Assembly (NCBI RefSeq): GCF_963921235.1
Contig: NC_086097.1
Coordinates: forward strand, 103,604,001-103,668,000
Reading direction: 5' to 3'
Origin: Mobula hypostoma
Lineage: Eukaryota
DNA length: 64,000 bases
Shown here: positions 26,730-39,564 of the stretch, in pieces
Layout: each line of letters begins with the position of its first letter
Position numbering within the stretch: position 1 is the stretch's first letter
Translations under genes and position numbers: made by a program
Notes under the pieces: generated by a model
Seen by the model: the letters and a program-made list of their open reading frames with translations, nothing else
The model's database searches: none
Told to the model about the DNA's origin: nothing

Positions 26730-27720
26730 GACTTTCAGTTTATAGTCAAACTAAATCTGTTATCAAAGTACATATACATCACTGTATACAACTATGAGAT
26801 TCTTTTTTTTGTAGCATTCACAGTAAATCCAAGAAACACAATAGAATCAATGAAGGACCATACCCAACACAATGGACAAACAACAAACACTGCAAATACA
26901 AAGAGAGAGAAAGAAATAATAATAAATATTGAGAACATGAGTTGCAGAGTCCTTGAAAGTGTTGTGGGAACAGTTCAGTGAAGGGGTGAATGAAGTTGAG
27001 TAAAGTTTCCCTCCAGTTCACTAGTCTGATAGTTGAGGGGTAATAACTATTTCTGGATTGGTGGTGTGGGTCTTGGGCTCTTGTATCTCTTTCCTGATGG
27101 CAGCAGTGAGAAGAGAGCATGGTTTGAATAGTTGGCAGTCCTTGATACTGGATGCTGCTTTCCTGTGACAGCAGTCCATGTAGATGTGCTGAATGGTGGG
27201 GAGGCCTTTACCCATAATGAGTAGTATCCACGACTTCTTGTAGACTTTTCCATTCGAGGCCATTGGTGTTTTCATTCTAGGCTGTGATGTAGCCAGTCAG
27301 TATACATTCCACCGCACATCTATAGAAGTCTGTCAAATTTTAGGTAACATGATAAATCTTCACAAACTTCTAAGAACGTAAAGGCATTGCCATGCTTTAC
27401 TTGTAATTGCACTAGACCCAGGATAACTCCAAGGAATTTAAAGTTGCTAACCCTCTCCTCATCTGATTTTGACTCCCCCACCCTGATGAGGCTAATTCGT
27501 GGACCTCTAGTTTCTTCCTCCTGAAGTCAACAATCAGCTCCATGGTCTTGTTACATTGAGTGATAAGTTGTTGTGGCACCACTCAGCTAGACTTTCAATT
27601 TCCTTCTTATATGCTGATTCAACATCACTTTTGATTCGTCCGATGGCAGCAAACATAAATATGGCATTAGAGCTGTGCTTAGCCTTACAGTCATAAGTAT
27701 AAAGCCAGTAGAGCACGTGA
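26730..27720 (-). mobile_element. Rex1/Babar LINE 3' fragment
   Basis: ESAYKKEIESLAEWCHNNLSLNV, HALFSLLPSGKRYKS and NSYYPSTIRL. Confidence 0.82.
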
Positions 27721-28031
27721 TAAATACATGGTAACTGACTGGTCCGCTGCCTCAACTCTCAAGTCTAGAATTCCCTCCCTAAGCCTTTGCAATTCTTACT
27801 CCAAACACATGGTAAGTGCTGTCATTGCAATCAAGATCAATGCACAGAGCACCATATGACAAAGAATTTTATGCTCTATTAATCCCTAAATTTAACAATC
27901 TTAATAAGTTATTTTCATTGATTTTCCAAACTCATGCTGAGTCAGTCAGGGATCGAGAAAAATTGATGAATTTAAAAATAGATATTTCTGTAAATTTTAG
28001 TGAAACCATGGACCCAATATAATTCTTTGAT

Positions 28032-29783
28032 CATAGAACCATAGAACATTACAGCACAGAAACAGGCCTTTTAGCCCTTCTTGGCTGTGCTGAACCATTT
28101 TTCTGCCTAGACCCACTGACCTGCACACGGACCATATCCCTCCATACACCTCTCATCCATGTACCTGTCCAAGTTTTTCTTAAATGTTAAAAGTGAGCCC
28201 ACATTTACCACTTCATCTGGCAGCTCATTCCACACTCCCACCACTCTCTCTGTGTGAAGGAGCCCCCCACAATGTTTCCTTTAAACTTCTCCCCCTTCAC
28301 CCTTAACCCATGTCCTCTGGTCTTTTTTCTCCCCTAGCCTCAGTGGAAAAAGCCTGCTTGCATTCACTCTATCTATACCCGCCATAATTTTATATACCTC
28401 TATCAAATCTCCCCTCATTCTTCTATGCTCCAGGGAATAAAGTCCTAAACTATTCAACCTTTCTCTGTAACTCAGTTTCTCAAGTCCCGGCAACATCCTT
28501 GTAAACATTCTCTGCACTCTCTCAACCTTATTAATATCCTTCCTGTAATTTGGTGACCAAAACTGTACACAATACTCCAAATTCAGCCTCACCAATGCCT
28601 TATACAACCTCACCATAACATTCCAACTCTTATACTCAATACTTTGATTTATAAAGGCCAATGTACCAAAAGCTCTCTTTACGACCTCATCTACCTGTAA
28701 CGTAATTTTTAGGGAATTTTGTATCTGTATTCCCAGATCCCTCTGTTCTACTGCACTCCTCAGTGCCTTACCATTTACCCTGTATGTTCTACCTTGGTTT
28801 GTCCTTCCAAAGTGCAATACCTCACACTTGTCTGTATTAAACTCCATCTGCCATTTTTCAGCCCATTTTTCTAGCTGGTCCAAATCCCTCTGCAAGCTTT
28901 GAAAACTTTCCTCACTGTCCACTACACCTCCAATCTTTGTATCATCAGTAAATTTGCTGATCCAATTTAGCACATTATCATCCAGATCATTGATATAGAT
29001 GACAAATAACAATGGACCCAGCACTGATCCCTGTGGCACACCACCAGTCACAGGCCTCCACTCAGAGAAGCAATCCTCCACTACCACTCTCTGGCTTCCT
29101 CCATTGAATCCAATTGAATATCTAATCCAATTTACTACCTCTCCATGTATACCTAGTCACTGAATCTTCCTAACTAACCTCCCATGCGGGACCTTATCAA
29201 AGGCCTTACTGAAGTCCATGTAGACAACATCCACTGCCTTCCCTTCATCCACTTTCCTGGTAACCTCCTCAAAAGACTCTAATAGATTGGTTAAGCATGA
29301 CCTACCATGCAAAAAGCCATGTTGACTCTCCCTAATAAGTCCCTGTCTATCCAAATATTTGTAGATTCTATCTGTATAGGTTCCATGACCTCACTACTTG
29401 TTTGCCTTATTTCCATTGACTCCATGCCAGTTTCCTTAGTAAATACAGACGCAAAAACCCATTTAAGATCTCCCCCATTTCTTTTTGTTCCATACATAGC
29501 TGACCACTCTGATCGTCAAGAGGACCAATTTTAACCCTTACTATCCTTTTGCTCTTAATATACCTGTAGAAGATCTTTGGATTATCCTTCACCTTGACTG
29601 CCAAAGCAACCTCATGTCTTCTTTTAGCCCTCCTCATTTCTTTCCTAAGTTTTTTTTTGCACTTTTTATACTCCTCAAGCACATTATTTGCTCCGTTTCC
29701 TATGTATATCATACAGCTCTCTCTTCTTCTTTATCAGAGTTCCAATATACCTTGAGAACCAAGGTTCCTTATTCTTATTCACT
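28032..29783 (-). mobile_element. Young CR1 LINE, 5'-truncated, same subfamily as 19830-23803 and 57590-58148
   Basis: 268-aa RT ORF nearly identical to 23043..23900; catagaaccatagaac tail; internal deletion near 29365. Confidence 0.93.
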
Positions 29784-29895
29784 ATTCATTATCGAACTAT
29801 TTATTTTTAACATAGGTTTTGAGAATATGAAGCATGCCAATGTCAATATTTATCTTTTTTATTTCAAAAAATTCGTTTTTTGTAGCAAAACTTAC

Positions 29896-29973
29896 CAATC
29901 CAAAACTCATCAGCATGGATTTTAATCTATCAATCTCCTCCCGTAGTTCACGAATCAGTTTTACGTTAGCATC
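29896..29973 (-). CDS. STARD9: STARD9 coding exon DANVKLIRELREEIDRLKSMLMSFGL (neck coil)
   Basis: Acceptor gttttcAG, donor GTaagt, 78 nt. Kinesin-3 neck motif D.N.KLIREL.EE..RL. Confidence 0.95.
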
Positions 29974-30120
29974 CTGAAAACAGATACAAACCTTTGTAAA
30001 ATGTTGAAATCGAGTCTAGTACAATGATACTTTACACATACTGTAATAATACTGAAAAATACATACACATACCAAAAAATAATTTCTGAGGTGCAATGAA
30101 AATTTTTAAAAAAGGATTTT

Positions 30121-30295
30121 GAATTCTAAAATAAAAATAGAAAATACTACAAACACTCAGCAGGTCAGGCAGCATCAGTGGAAAGAGAAACAGAAACAGA
30201 TACCATTTCAAGGTGATAAAGGCTATGCAACCTTAAGGGTTAAGTCTGTTTCTCTCTCCACAGATGCTGCCTACTTCCAGTATTTTCTGTTTCTA
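30121..30295. mobile_element. Old Penelope-family short inverted (palindromic) pLTR remnant
   Basis: Left arm ...aggcagcatcagtggaaagagaaacaga versus right arm tctgtttctctctccacagatgctgcct. Confidence 0.6.
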
Positions 30296-31299
30296 TATAT
30301 ATTAATTGATTCATTATTTTAAAGATTTCCCTTTAAAAATTTCACAAAATTCTATTTTATTGGCACAACTGCAATCCTGCCACTCACACAGCTTTTGTGC
30401 TTCCCTGATATTAATCATTCCACAATGCTCATGTCATGTATTTAAATCGCAATATAAAATACACCTCACAAGAATATTAGCAAACAAAATTTAAACAACA
30501 AACTGAGAAAAGTAACATTAGAACATATGATCAAAATTTTATTCCAAGAGATATACAGGAATGTTTGCAAGAAGGAATAAACACAGGAAGGTAATTCCTG
30601 AGCTTGTGGTCTTGGCAGCTCAACAAACAACTGCCAATGGTGCAGCAATTAAATTTTGGGCTAATCACAGTATTTGAATGTATCACAATATATCACAACA
30701 ACTTCGGTGCTGGTGGATATTACAGCATTCAAGGGGGCAAGATCAAAGGAGAAATTTTAAACTGAGACACTGCTTAAATATTAATGTCAAATTCTGTCTT
30801 TTTATTCTGTAAAGTGCCCAAATGTTCTTATTCTGTTGAGCTTTGATTCTTGGTCAAAATCTTAAGTTTTATTGAGTATTTTACAAAAGATGAAGTAGGA
30901 ATTCCTTCAAACATTATACAGCTGCTAGTCAAAAGGCCAGCTTATCCTCATTTTAAGCCTTGTTCACAAGACGATGGTAAGGTTAGGAGTGTCGTGGGTT
31001 TATTTAAGAAGGGGGAAAAATATAGTAAGATAGTAAACCTGGAATGAACAAAAACAGAATGCAAAGAATTCAACAGATATACAAAGAGAAAGTGTGTTGA
31101 AGACATAATGTTGGTCTCACGAAGTCAGAAACAGGGAAATTATAATGGTGAGCAAAGAAATAACATACCAACTGAACACAATCTGGATCTGGCTTCATAA
31201 AGGATATTACAAGTAATGTTGGGGAACCTATGGTCTAGTTAGAGTGAGGAACAGAAGAAAATCAGTATGAGTAGAGATATGGTTTTTGAGAAACTGAAG

Positions 31300-32040
31300 C
31301 ATCAGATCCTGATGGTGTACTTTGCAGGGTACTACAAACCTGTGCTGACCAACTGGATGGATCGTTCAAGGATATCTTCAACCTCTCACTGCTGCAGCTG
31401 GAGTTGGAGGTTCCCAGTCTACCTTAAAAGGGATTGATCCTACCAGAGCCCAAGAAGATCAGGATGAGCTGACTCAATGACTATCACTGGGCAGCGTACA
31501 CATCTACTGTGATGAAGTGCTCCGAGAGGTTGGTCATGGCTAGAATTACCTCCTGCCTAAGCAAGACCCACTGTAATTTGCCTACCACTACAACAGGTCT
31601 TCGGATCACCCGGATGCAACAATCAGGCAGCTGTTTATTGATTATAGTCCAGCATTTAACACCATTATCCCCTCAATACTAATCAACAAGTTTCAAAACC
31701 TGGGTCTCCATACCTCTATTTGCAACTGGATCACTATCAGTACACATCTCCTCTTCAACACAGATGCACTTCAAGGATGTGTGCTTAGCCCATTGTTCCA
31801 TTCTCTAGACTCATGACTATGTGACAAGGCACAGCTCAAATGCCATCTATAAATTCAGCAATAAGACTGCAGTTGTTAGCAGAATCTCAGACGTCAACAA
31901 GGAGGCATTCAGGAGCAAAATAGATCAGCTGGTCAAGTGGTGTCACAATAACAACATCAGCAAATCCAGATTGTCAACTGGATGGGGAAGTTAGGAGCAG
32001 AATGAAGAGTCAGCAGTGGAAAGTGTGAGCAGATTCAACA
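31300..32040 (+). mobile_element. Rex1/Babar RT fragment
   Basis: Similar to 12770-13600 (gctgaccaactg, gatgaagtgctccgagaggttggtcatgg). Confidence 0.7.
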
Positions 32041-34910
32041 TTCTATTTTAATGCGAGGAATATTATGAATAAAGCAGATGAGCATAGAGCATGGATCAGC
32101 ACTTGGAGCTACTTGGAGCTATGAGGTTGTGGCCATTACAGAGACTTGGATAGTGCAGGGGCAGAAATGGCTACTTCAAGTGCCAGGCTTTAGATGTTTC
32201 AGAAAGGACAGGGAGGGAGGTAAAAGAGCATGGCACTGTTGATCAGGGATAGTGTCACGGCTGCAGAAAAGGAGGAAGTCATGGAGAAGTTGCCTATGAA
32301 GTCTCTGAGGGTGGAAGTTAGAAATAAGAGGGGGTCAATAACTCTACTGGGTGTTTTTTTTTATATAGACCACCCAATAGTAACAGGGGCATCGAGGAGC
32401 AGATAGGGAGACAGATTCTGGAAAGGAGTAATAATAACAGGGTCGTTGTGGTGGGAGATTTTAATTTCCCAAATATTGACTGGCTATATATATAGACTGA
32501 GGGGTTCAGATGGGGTAGAGTTTGTTATATGTGCTCAGGAAGGTTTCTTGACACAATATGTAGATAAGCCTACAAGAGGAGAGGCTGTACTTGATCTGGT
32601 ATTGGGAAATGAACCTGGTCAGGCGTCAGGTCTCTCAGTGGGAGAGCATTTTGGAGATAGTGATCACAATTCTATCTCTTTTACCATAACATTGGAGATG
32701 GATAGGAACAGACAAGCTAGGGAAATGTTTAATTGGAGTAAAGGGAAATGTGAGGCTATCAGGCAGAAACTTGGAAGCATAAATCAGAAACAGATGTTCT
32801 CAGGGAAACGTACAGAAGAAATGTGGCAAAAGTTCAGGGGATACTTGTGTGGGGTTCTGAGTAGGTATGTTCCAACGAGACATGGAAAGGATGGTAGGGT
32901 ACAAGATTCATGGTGTATAAATGCTGTTGTAAATCTAGTCAAGAAGAAAAGAAGAGCTTACGAAAGGTTCAAAAAACTAGGCAAAGATAGGAATCTAGAA
33001 GATTATAAGGCTAGCAGGAAGGAGCTTAAGAATGAAATTAGAAGAGCCAGAAGGGGCCATGAGAAGGTTTGGCGGACAAGATAAGGAAAACCCCAAGGCA
33101 TTCTACAAGTATGTGAAGAGCAAGAGGATAGGACGCGAGAGAATAGGACCAATTAAGTGTGACAGTGGAAAAGTGTGTATGGAACTGGAGGAAATAGCAG
33201 AGGTACTTAATGAATACTTTGCTTCAGTATTCACTATGGAAAAGGATCTTGGCTATTGTAGGGAGGACTTGTAGTGGACTGAAAAGCTTGAGCATGTAGA
33301 TATTAAGGAAGACGATGTGCTGGAGCTTTTGGAAAGCATCAAGTTGCATAAGTCATCGGGACCGGATGGGATGTATCCCAGGCTACCGTGGGAAGTGAGG
33401 GAGGAGATTGCTGAGCCTCTGGCAATGATCTTTGCATCATCAGTGACGATGGGACAGGTTCCCAAGGATTGGAGGGCTGCGGATGTTGTTCTCATAGTCA
33501 AGAAAGGGAGCAGAGATAGCCCAGGAAATTACAGGCCAGTGAGTCTTACTTCAGTACTTGGTAAATTGATGGAGAAGATCCTGAGAGGCAGGATTTATGA
33601 ACATTTGGAGAGGCATAATATGATTAGGAATAGTCAGCATGGCTTTGTCAAAGGCAGGTCGTGCTTTACGAGCGTGATTGAAATTTTTGAGGATGTGCCT
33701 AAACACATTGATGAAGGTAGAGCAGTAGATGTAGTGTATATAGATTTCAGCAAGTCATTTGATAAGGTACCCCATGCAAGGCTTATTGAGTAAGTAAAGA
33801 GGCATGGGATCCAAGGAGACATTGCCTTGTGGATCCAGAATTGGCTTGCCCACAGAAGACAAAGAGTGGTTGTAGGCGGGTCATATTCTGCATGGAGGTC
33901 GGTGACCAGTGGTGTGCCTCAGGGATCTGTTCTGGGACCCCTTCTCTTCGTGATTTTTATAAATGACCTGGATGAGGAAGTGGAGGGATGAGTTAGTAAA
34001 TTTGCTGATGACACAAAGGTTGGGGGTGCTGTGGATAGTGTGGAGGGCTGTCAGAAGTTACAACGGGATATTGATAGGATGCAAAACTGGGCTGAGAAGT
34101 GGCAGATGGAGTTCAGCCCAGATGAATGTGAGGTGGTTCATTTTGGTAGGTCAAATATGATGGCAGAATATAGCATTAATGGTAAGACTCTTGGCAGTGT
34201 GGAGGATCAGAGGGATCTTGGGATCCGAGTCCATAGGACACTGAAAGCTGCTGTGCAGGTTGACTCTGTGGTTAAGAAGGCATACGGTGTATTGGCCGTC
34301 ATCAATGGTGGAATTGAATTTCGGAGCTGAGAGGTAACGTTGCAGCTATATAGGACCCTGATCAGACCCCACTTGGAGTACTGTGCTCAATTCTGGTCGC
34401 CTCACTACAGGAAGGACATGGAAACCATAGAAAGGCTGCAGAGGAGATTTACAAGGATGTTGCCTGGATTGGGGAGCATGCCTTATGAGAATAGGTTGAG
34501 TGAACCCAGCCTTTCCTCCTCGGAGCGACGGAGGATGAGAGGTGACCTGATCGAGGTGTACAGGATAATGAGAGGCAATGATCGTGTGGATAGTCAGTGG
34601 CTATTCCCCAGGGCTGAAATAGCTAGCACGAGAAGGCATAGTTTTAAGGTGCTAGGAAATAGGTACAGAGGAGATGTCAGGGTTAAGTTTTTTCATGCAG
34701 AGAGTGGTGTGTGTATGGAATGGGCTGCCGGCGGTGGCAGTGGAGGCGGAAACGATAGGGTCTTTTAAGAGACTCCTGGATGGCTACATGGAGCTTAGAA
34801 AAATAGAGGGCTATGGGTAAAGCCTAGGTAGTTCTAAGCTAGGGACATGTTTGGCACAGCTTTGTGGGCCGAAGGGCTTCCTTGTGCTGTAGGTTTTCTA
34901 TGTTTCTATT
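32040..34910 (+). mobile_element. CR1 LINE ORF2 (EN+RT) to 3' end
   Basis: PTRGEAVLDLVL, GNYRPVSLTS, LIRPHLEYCAQFWSP; tail ggttttctatgtttcta; several stops. Confidence 0.92.
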
Positions 34911-35330
34911 CTTCGGATTCTGGACTAGTCTCTATGGCTTGGATAGTAGCTTCTTTCTCTGGTTACCTTTTTGCATTTAATACAGATAAATATTTTGCAA
35001 TTTTCCTTAATCATGTCAACCATTAATATTCCATCTTTGCTCTCTTTTTGTAAGTAGTCTTGTTGTTCCTCCTCAATTTTTAGCTCTACAACAAGCATGC
35101 ACTTTTTTTTCTTTATCCAATCCTCTTTATTTCCTTAGACTTAGAGTAAGGCTTCCTTAGACTTGTCCTTATCTTTCAGATTTATGGAAATACATTGGCC
35201 CTAAACTCTCAGTATTTCATCTTTATTTCCACCCCATTTGTCAGATGCAAATTAACATGCAAGTAGCTGCTCCTAGTCTATTTCTGCCAGATCCCAAAAT
35301 ATATTGAAATCAGCTTCCCCAATTCAGGAT

Positions 35331-35542
35331 GCAAACAACAGGAATTCTGCAGATGCTGGAAATTCAAGGAACACACATCAAAGTTGCTGGTGAACGCAGC
35401 AGGCCAGGCAGCATCTCTAGGAAGAGGTACAGTTGACGTTTCAGGCCGAGACCCAGGGTCTTGGCCTGAAACGTCGACTGTACCTCTTCCTAGAGATGCT
35501 GCCTGGCCTGCTGCGTTCACCAGCAACTTTGATGTGTGTTCC
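35331..35542. mobile_element. Palindromic Penelope-derived mini-insertion
   Basis: 87-bp arms at 35368-35454 and 35456-35542 with a 1-nt spacer. Direct repeat TTCCCCAATTCAGGAT at 35315-35330 and 35539-35554. Confidence 0.92.
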
Positions 35543-35699
35543 CCAATTCAGGATCTTAATTTCTCAACCATTGTTCATTCCCTTTGTATGACTACCTTGA
35601 AACCTACAGAGTGATGGTGAATATTTCCAAAATATTCTCCTGATGATGCTCCAAACCCTTGCCCAGTTACATTAACTGGGATTAGACCCAGTTAGATGG

Positions 35700-36350
35700 C
35701 TCAAACACCATCTGCTGAAGATACAACTATTGTTGGCAGAATCTCAGATGGAGATAAGAGGGCGTACAGGAGACAGATATTAGTTGAGTGGTGTCGTGCC
35801 TTGTGCTCAATGTTAGTAAGAACAAAGAGCTGATTGTGAACTTCAGGAAGGGCAAGACAAGGGAACATGAACCAATCCTCATAGAGGAGTCAGATGTGGA
35901 GAGAGTGAGCAGTTTCAAGTTCCTGGGTGTCAAGATCTCTGAGGATCTAACCTGGTTCCAACATATCCATGTTGGCAAGACAGAAGCTACATTTCATTTG
36001 GAGTTTGAAGAGATTTAATTTGTCACCAAAAACACTCAAAAACTTCTATAGATGTACGATGGAGACCATTCTGAGACCAGGCTGCGTCACAGTTTGGCAT
36101 GGGACAGAAAGTTGTAAGATTAGACAGATTCATCTTGGGTTCTAGCCTCCGTGGTATCCAAGACATCAACAAGGAGCAGTGTCACAGAAAGGCAGCATCC
36201 ATTATTGAGGACCCCCATCACCCAGAGCATGCCCTCTTTTCACTGTTACCGTCATGAAGCCTGAAGAAACATTCAACAATTCAGTAACAGCTTCTTCCCC
36301 TCTGCCATGTGATTCCTAAACAGACCTGAACCCATGAACACTATCTCACT
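35700..36350 (+). mobile_element. Rex1/Babar LINE 3' fragment
   Basis: LNVSKNKELIVNFRK...VERVSSFKFLGVKISEDLTW. Confidence 0.8.
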
Positions 36351-37211
36351 TTCTTTTAACATACAGTTTATATTAATATAAAGTATTTTGTCTCTTCCCC
36401 TCTCACCCCCAGAAGTATTCATATTTTATTGTTTTTACAAAACTGAATCACAGTCGATTTATTTTGGCTTTTCTGAAACTGATCAACAGAAAAAACACTT
36501 CCATGTCAAAGTGAAAACAAATTTCTCCAAATTGGTCTAAATTTTTTACAATTATTAAACACAAAATAGTTGACTGCATAATTACTTACTGCCTTCAAGT
36601 CAATATTTAGTAGATACACATTTGACAGCAATTACAGCTTTGAGTCTGTGTGGATAGGTCTCTATCAGCTTTGCACATCTGGACACTGCAATTTTTTCAC
36701 CATTCTTTTTTACAAAACTGCTCAAGCTCTGTCAGATTGCATGGGAATCATGAGTGAACAGCCAAAATTCTCAATTGGATTGAGGGTTGGACTCTGACTT
36801 GGCCACTCCAGGTTGTTTTTAAGCCATTCTTGTGTAACTTTGGCTTTTTGCTTAGGGTCATTATCTTGGTGGAAAACAAATTTTCTCCTAAGTCACAGTT
36901 ATCTTGCAGACTGCATCAGGTTTTCCTCCAGGATTTCCCTGTATTTTGTTGTATTCATTTTACACTCTATCTTCACAAGTCTTGCAGGGACTGCAGCAGT
37001 GAAGCATCCCCACAGCACCATGAAGCTAGCACAATGCTTCACAGTAGGGATGGTGAGTTTTTGATGATGTGTGGTGCTTGGCTTATGCCAAACATAGAGT
37101 TTAGTCTGATGGCCAAAAAGCTCAATTTTGGTTTCATCAGATCATTGAACCTTCTTCCAGCTGACCTCAGAGACTCCCACATGCCTTCTAGCAAACTCTA
37201 GCAGAGATTTA

Positions 37212-39045
37212 TAGACAATAGACAACAGGTGCAGGAGTAGGCCATTTGGCCCTTCGAGCCAGCACCACCATTCACTGTGATCATGGCTGATCATCCACAA
37301 TCAGTATCCAGTTCCTGCCTTATCCCCATAACCTTTGATTCCGCTATCTTTAAGAGCTCTATCCATCTCTTTCTTGAAAGCATCCAGAGACTTGGCCTCC
37401 ACAGCCTTCTGGGGCAGAGCATTCCATATATCCACCACTCTCTGGGTGAAAAAGTTTTTCCTCAACTCCGTTCTAAATGGCCTACATCTTATTGTTAAAT
37501 TGTGGCCTCTGGTTCTGGATTCACCCATCAGCGGGAACATGCTTCCTGCCTCCAGCGTGTCCAATCCCTTAACAATCTTATATGTTTCAATAAGATCCCC
37601 TCTCAGCCTTCTAAATTCCAGAGTATACAAGCCCAGACACTCCAATCTTTTGACATATGACAGTCCCGCCATCCCAGGAATTAACCTTGTGAACCTACGC
37701 TGCACTCCCTCAATAGCAAGAATGTCCTTCCTCAAATTTGGAGACCAAAACTGCACACAGTACTCCAGATGTGGTCTCATCAGGGCCCTGTACAGCTGCA
37801 GAAGGACCTCTTTGCTCTTATACTCAATTCCCCTTGTTATGAAGGCCAGCATGCCATTAGCTTTCTTCACTGCCTGCTGTACTTGCATGCTTGCTTTCAG
37901 TGACTGATGTACAAGAACACCTAGATCTTGTTGTACTTCCCCTTTTCCTAACTTGACTCCATTTAGATAATAATCTGCCTTCCTGTTCTTACCACCAAAG
38001 TGGATAACCTCACATTTATCCACATTAAACTGCATCTGCCATGCAGCTGCCCACTCACCCAACCTGTCCAAGTCACCCTGCATTCTCATAACATCCTCCT
38101 CACATTTCACATTGCCACCCGGCTTTGTGTCATTGGCAAATTTGCTAATATTACTTTTAATTCCCTCATCTAAATCATTGATATATATTGTAAACAGCTG
38201 TGGTCCCAGCACTGAACCCTGCGGTACCCCACTGGTCACCGCCTGCCATTCCAAAAGGGACCCGTTAATCACTACTCTTTCTTTTCTGTCAGCCAGCCAA
38301 TTTTCAATCCATGTCAGTACTCTGCCCCCAATACCATGTGCCTTAATTTTGCCCACTAATCTCCTATGTGGGACTTTATCAAAGGCTTTCTGAAAGTCCA
38401 GGTACACGACATTCACTGGCTCTCCCTTGTCCATTTTCATAGTTACATCCTCAAAAAATTCCAGAAGATTAGTCAAGCACAATTTCCCCTTCGTAAATCC
38501 ATGCTGACTTGGACCAATCCTGTTACTACTATCCAGATGTGTCATAATTTCATCTTTTATAATTGACTCCAGCATCTTTCCCACCACAGTCAGGCTAACC
38601 GGTCTATAGTTCCCTGTTTTCTCTCTTCCTCCCTTCTTGAAAAAAGGGACAACATTAGCCACCCTCCAATCCATAGGAACTGATCCTGGATCTATAGAAC
38701 ATTGGAAAATGATTACCAATGCGTCCATGATTTCTAAAGCCTTAAGTACCCTGGGATGCAGACCATCAGGTCCCGAGGACTTATCAGCCTTCAGACCCAA
38801 CAGCATTTCCTGCCTAATATAAATTTCCTTCAATTCATCCATTACCCTAGGTCCTTTGGCCACTATTATATCTGGGAGATTGTTTGTGTCTTCCCTAGTG
38901 AAGACAGATCCAAAGTACCTGTTCAACTCATCTGCCATTTCCTTGTTCCCCATAATAAATTCACCCACTTCTGTCTTCAAGGGCCCAATTTTGGTCTTAA
39001 CTATTTTTTTCCTTTTCACATACCTAAAGAAGAAGAAAAAGAAGT
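37212..39045 (-). mobile_element. 5'-truncated CR1 LINE with an uninterrupted RT reading frame, nested in Tc1
   Basis: Forms most of the 634-aa ORF 37301..39205; [10 protein letters not shown]; catalytic motif reads FAND; ctattgt-type tail at 37212. Confidence 0.93.
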
Positions 39046-39564
39046 CTTTTTCAACAGTGGCTTTCTCTTTGCCCACTCTCCCATAAAACTGCGACTGGTG
39101 AAGCACCCGGGCAACAGCTGTTGTATGCACAGTCTCTCCCATCTCAGCCACTGAAGCCTGTAAGTCTTCCAGAGTTGTCATAGTTTTCTTGGTGACCTCC
39201 CTCACTGGTCACTTTCTTGCACGGTCACTCAGTTTTTGAGGACGGCCTGCTCTAGGCAGATTTACAGCTGTGCCATATTCTTTACATTTCTTGATGATTC
39301 ACTTAACTGGACTCCAAAGGACAATCAGTGACTTGGAAATTTTCTTGTATCCATCTCCTGACTTGTGCTTTTCAATAACCTCTTCATGGAGTTGCTTGGA
39401 GTGTTCATTTGTCTTCATGGTGTAGTTTTTGCCAGGATACTGACTCACCAGCAGTTGGACCTTCCAAATACAGGTGTATTTTTACTACAATCAATTGAAA
39501 CATCTTGACTGCACACAAGGGATCTCCATTTAACTGACTTCTAAAACCAACTGACTGCACAAGT

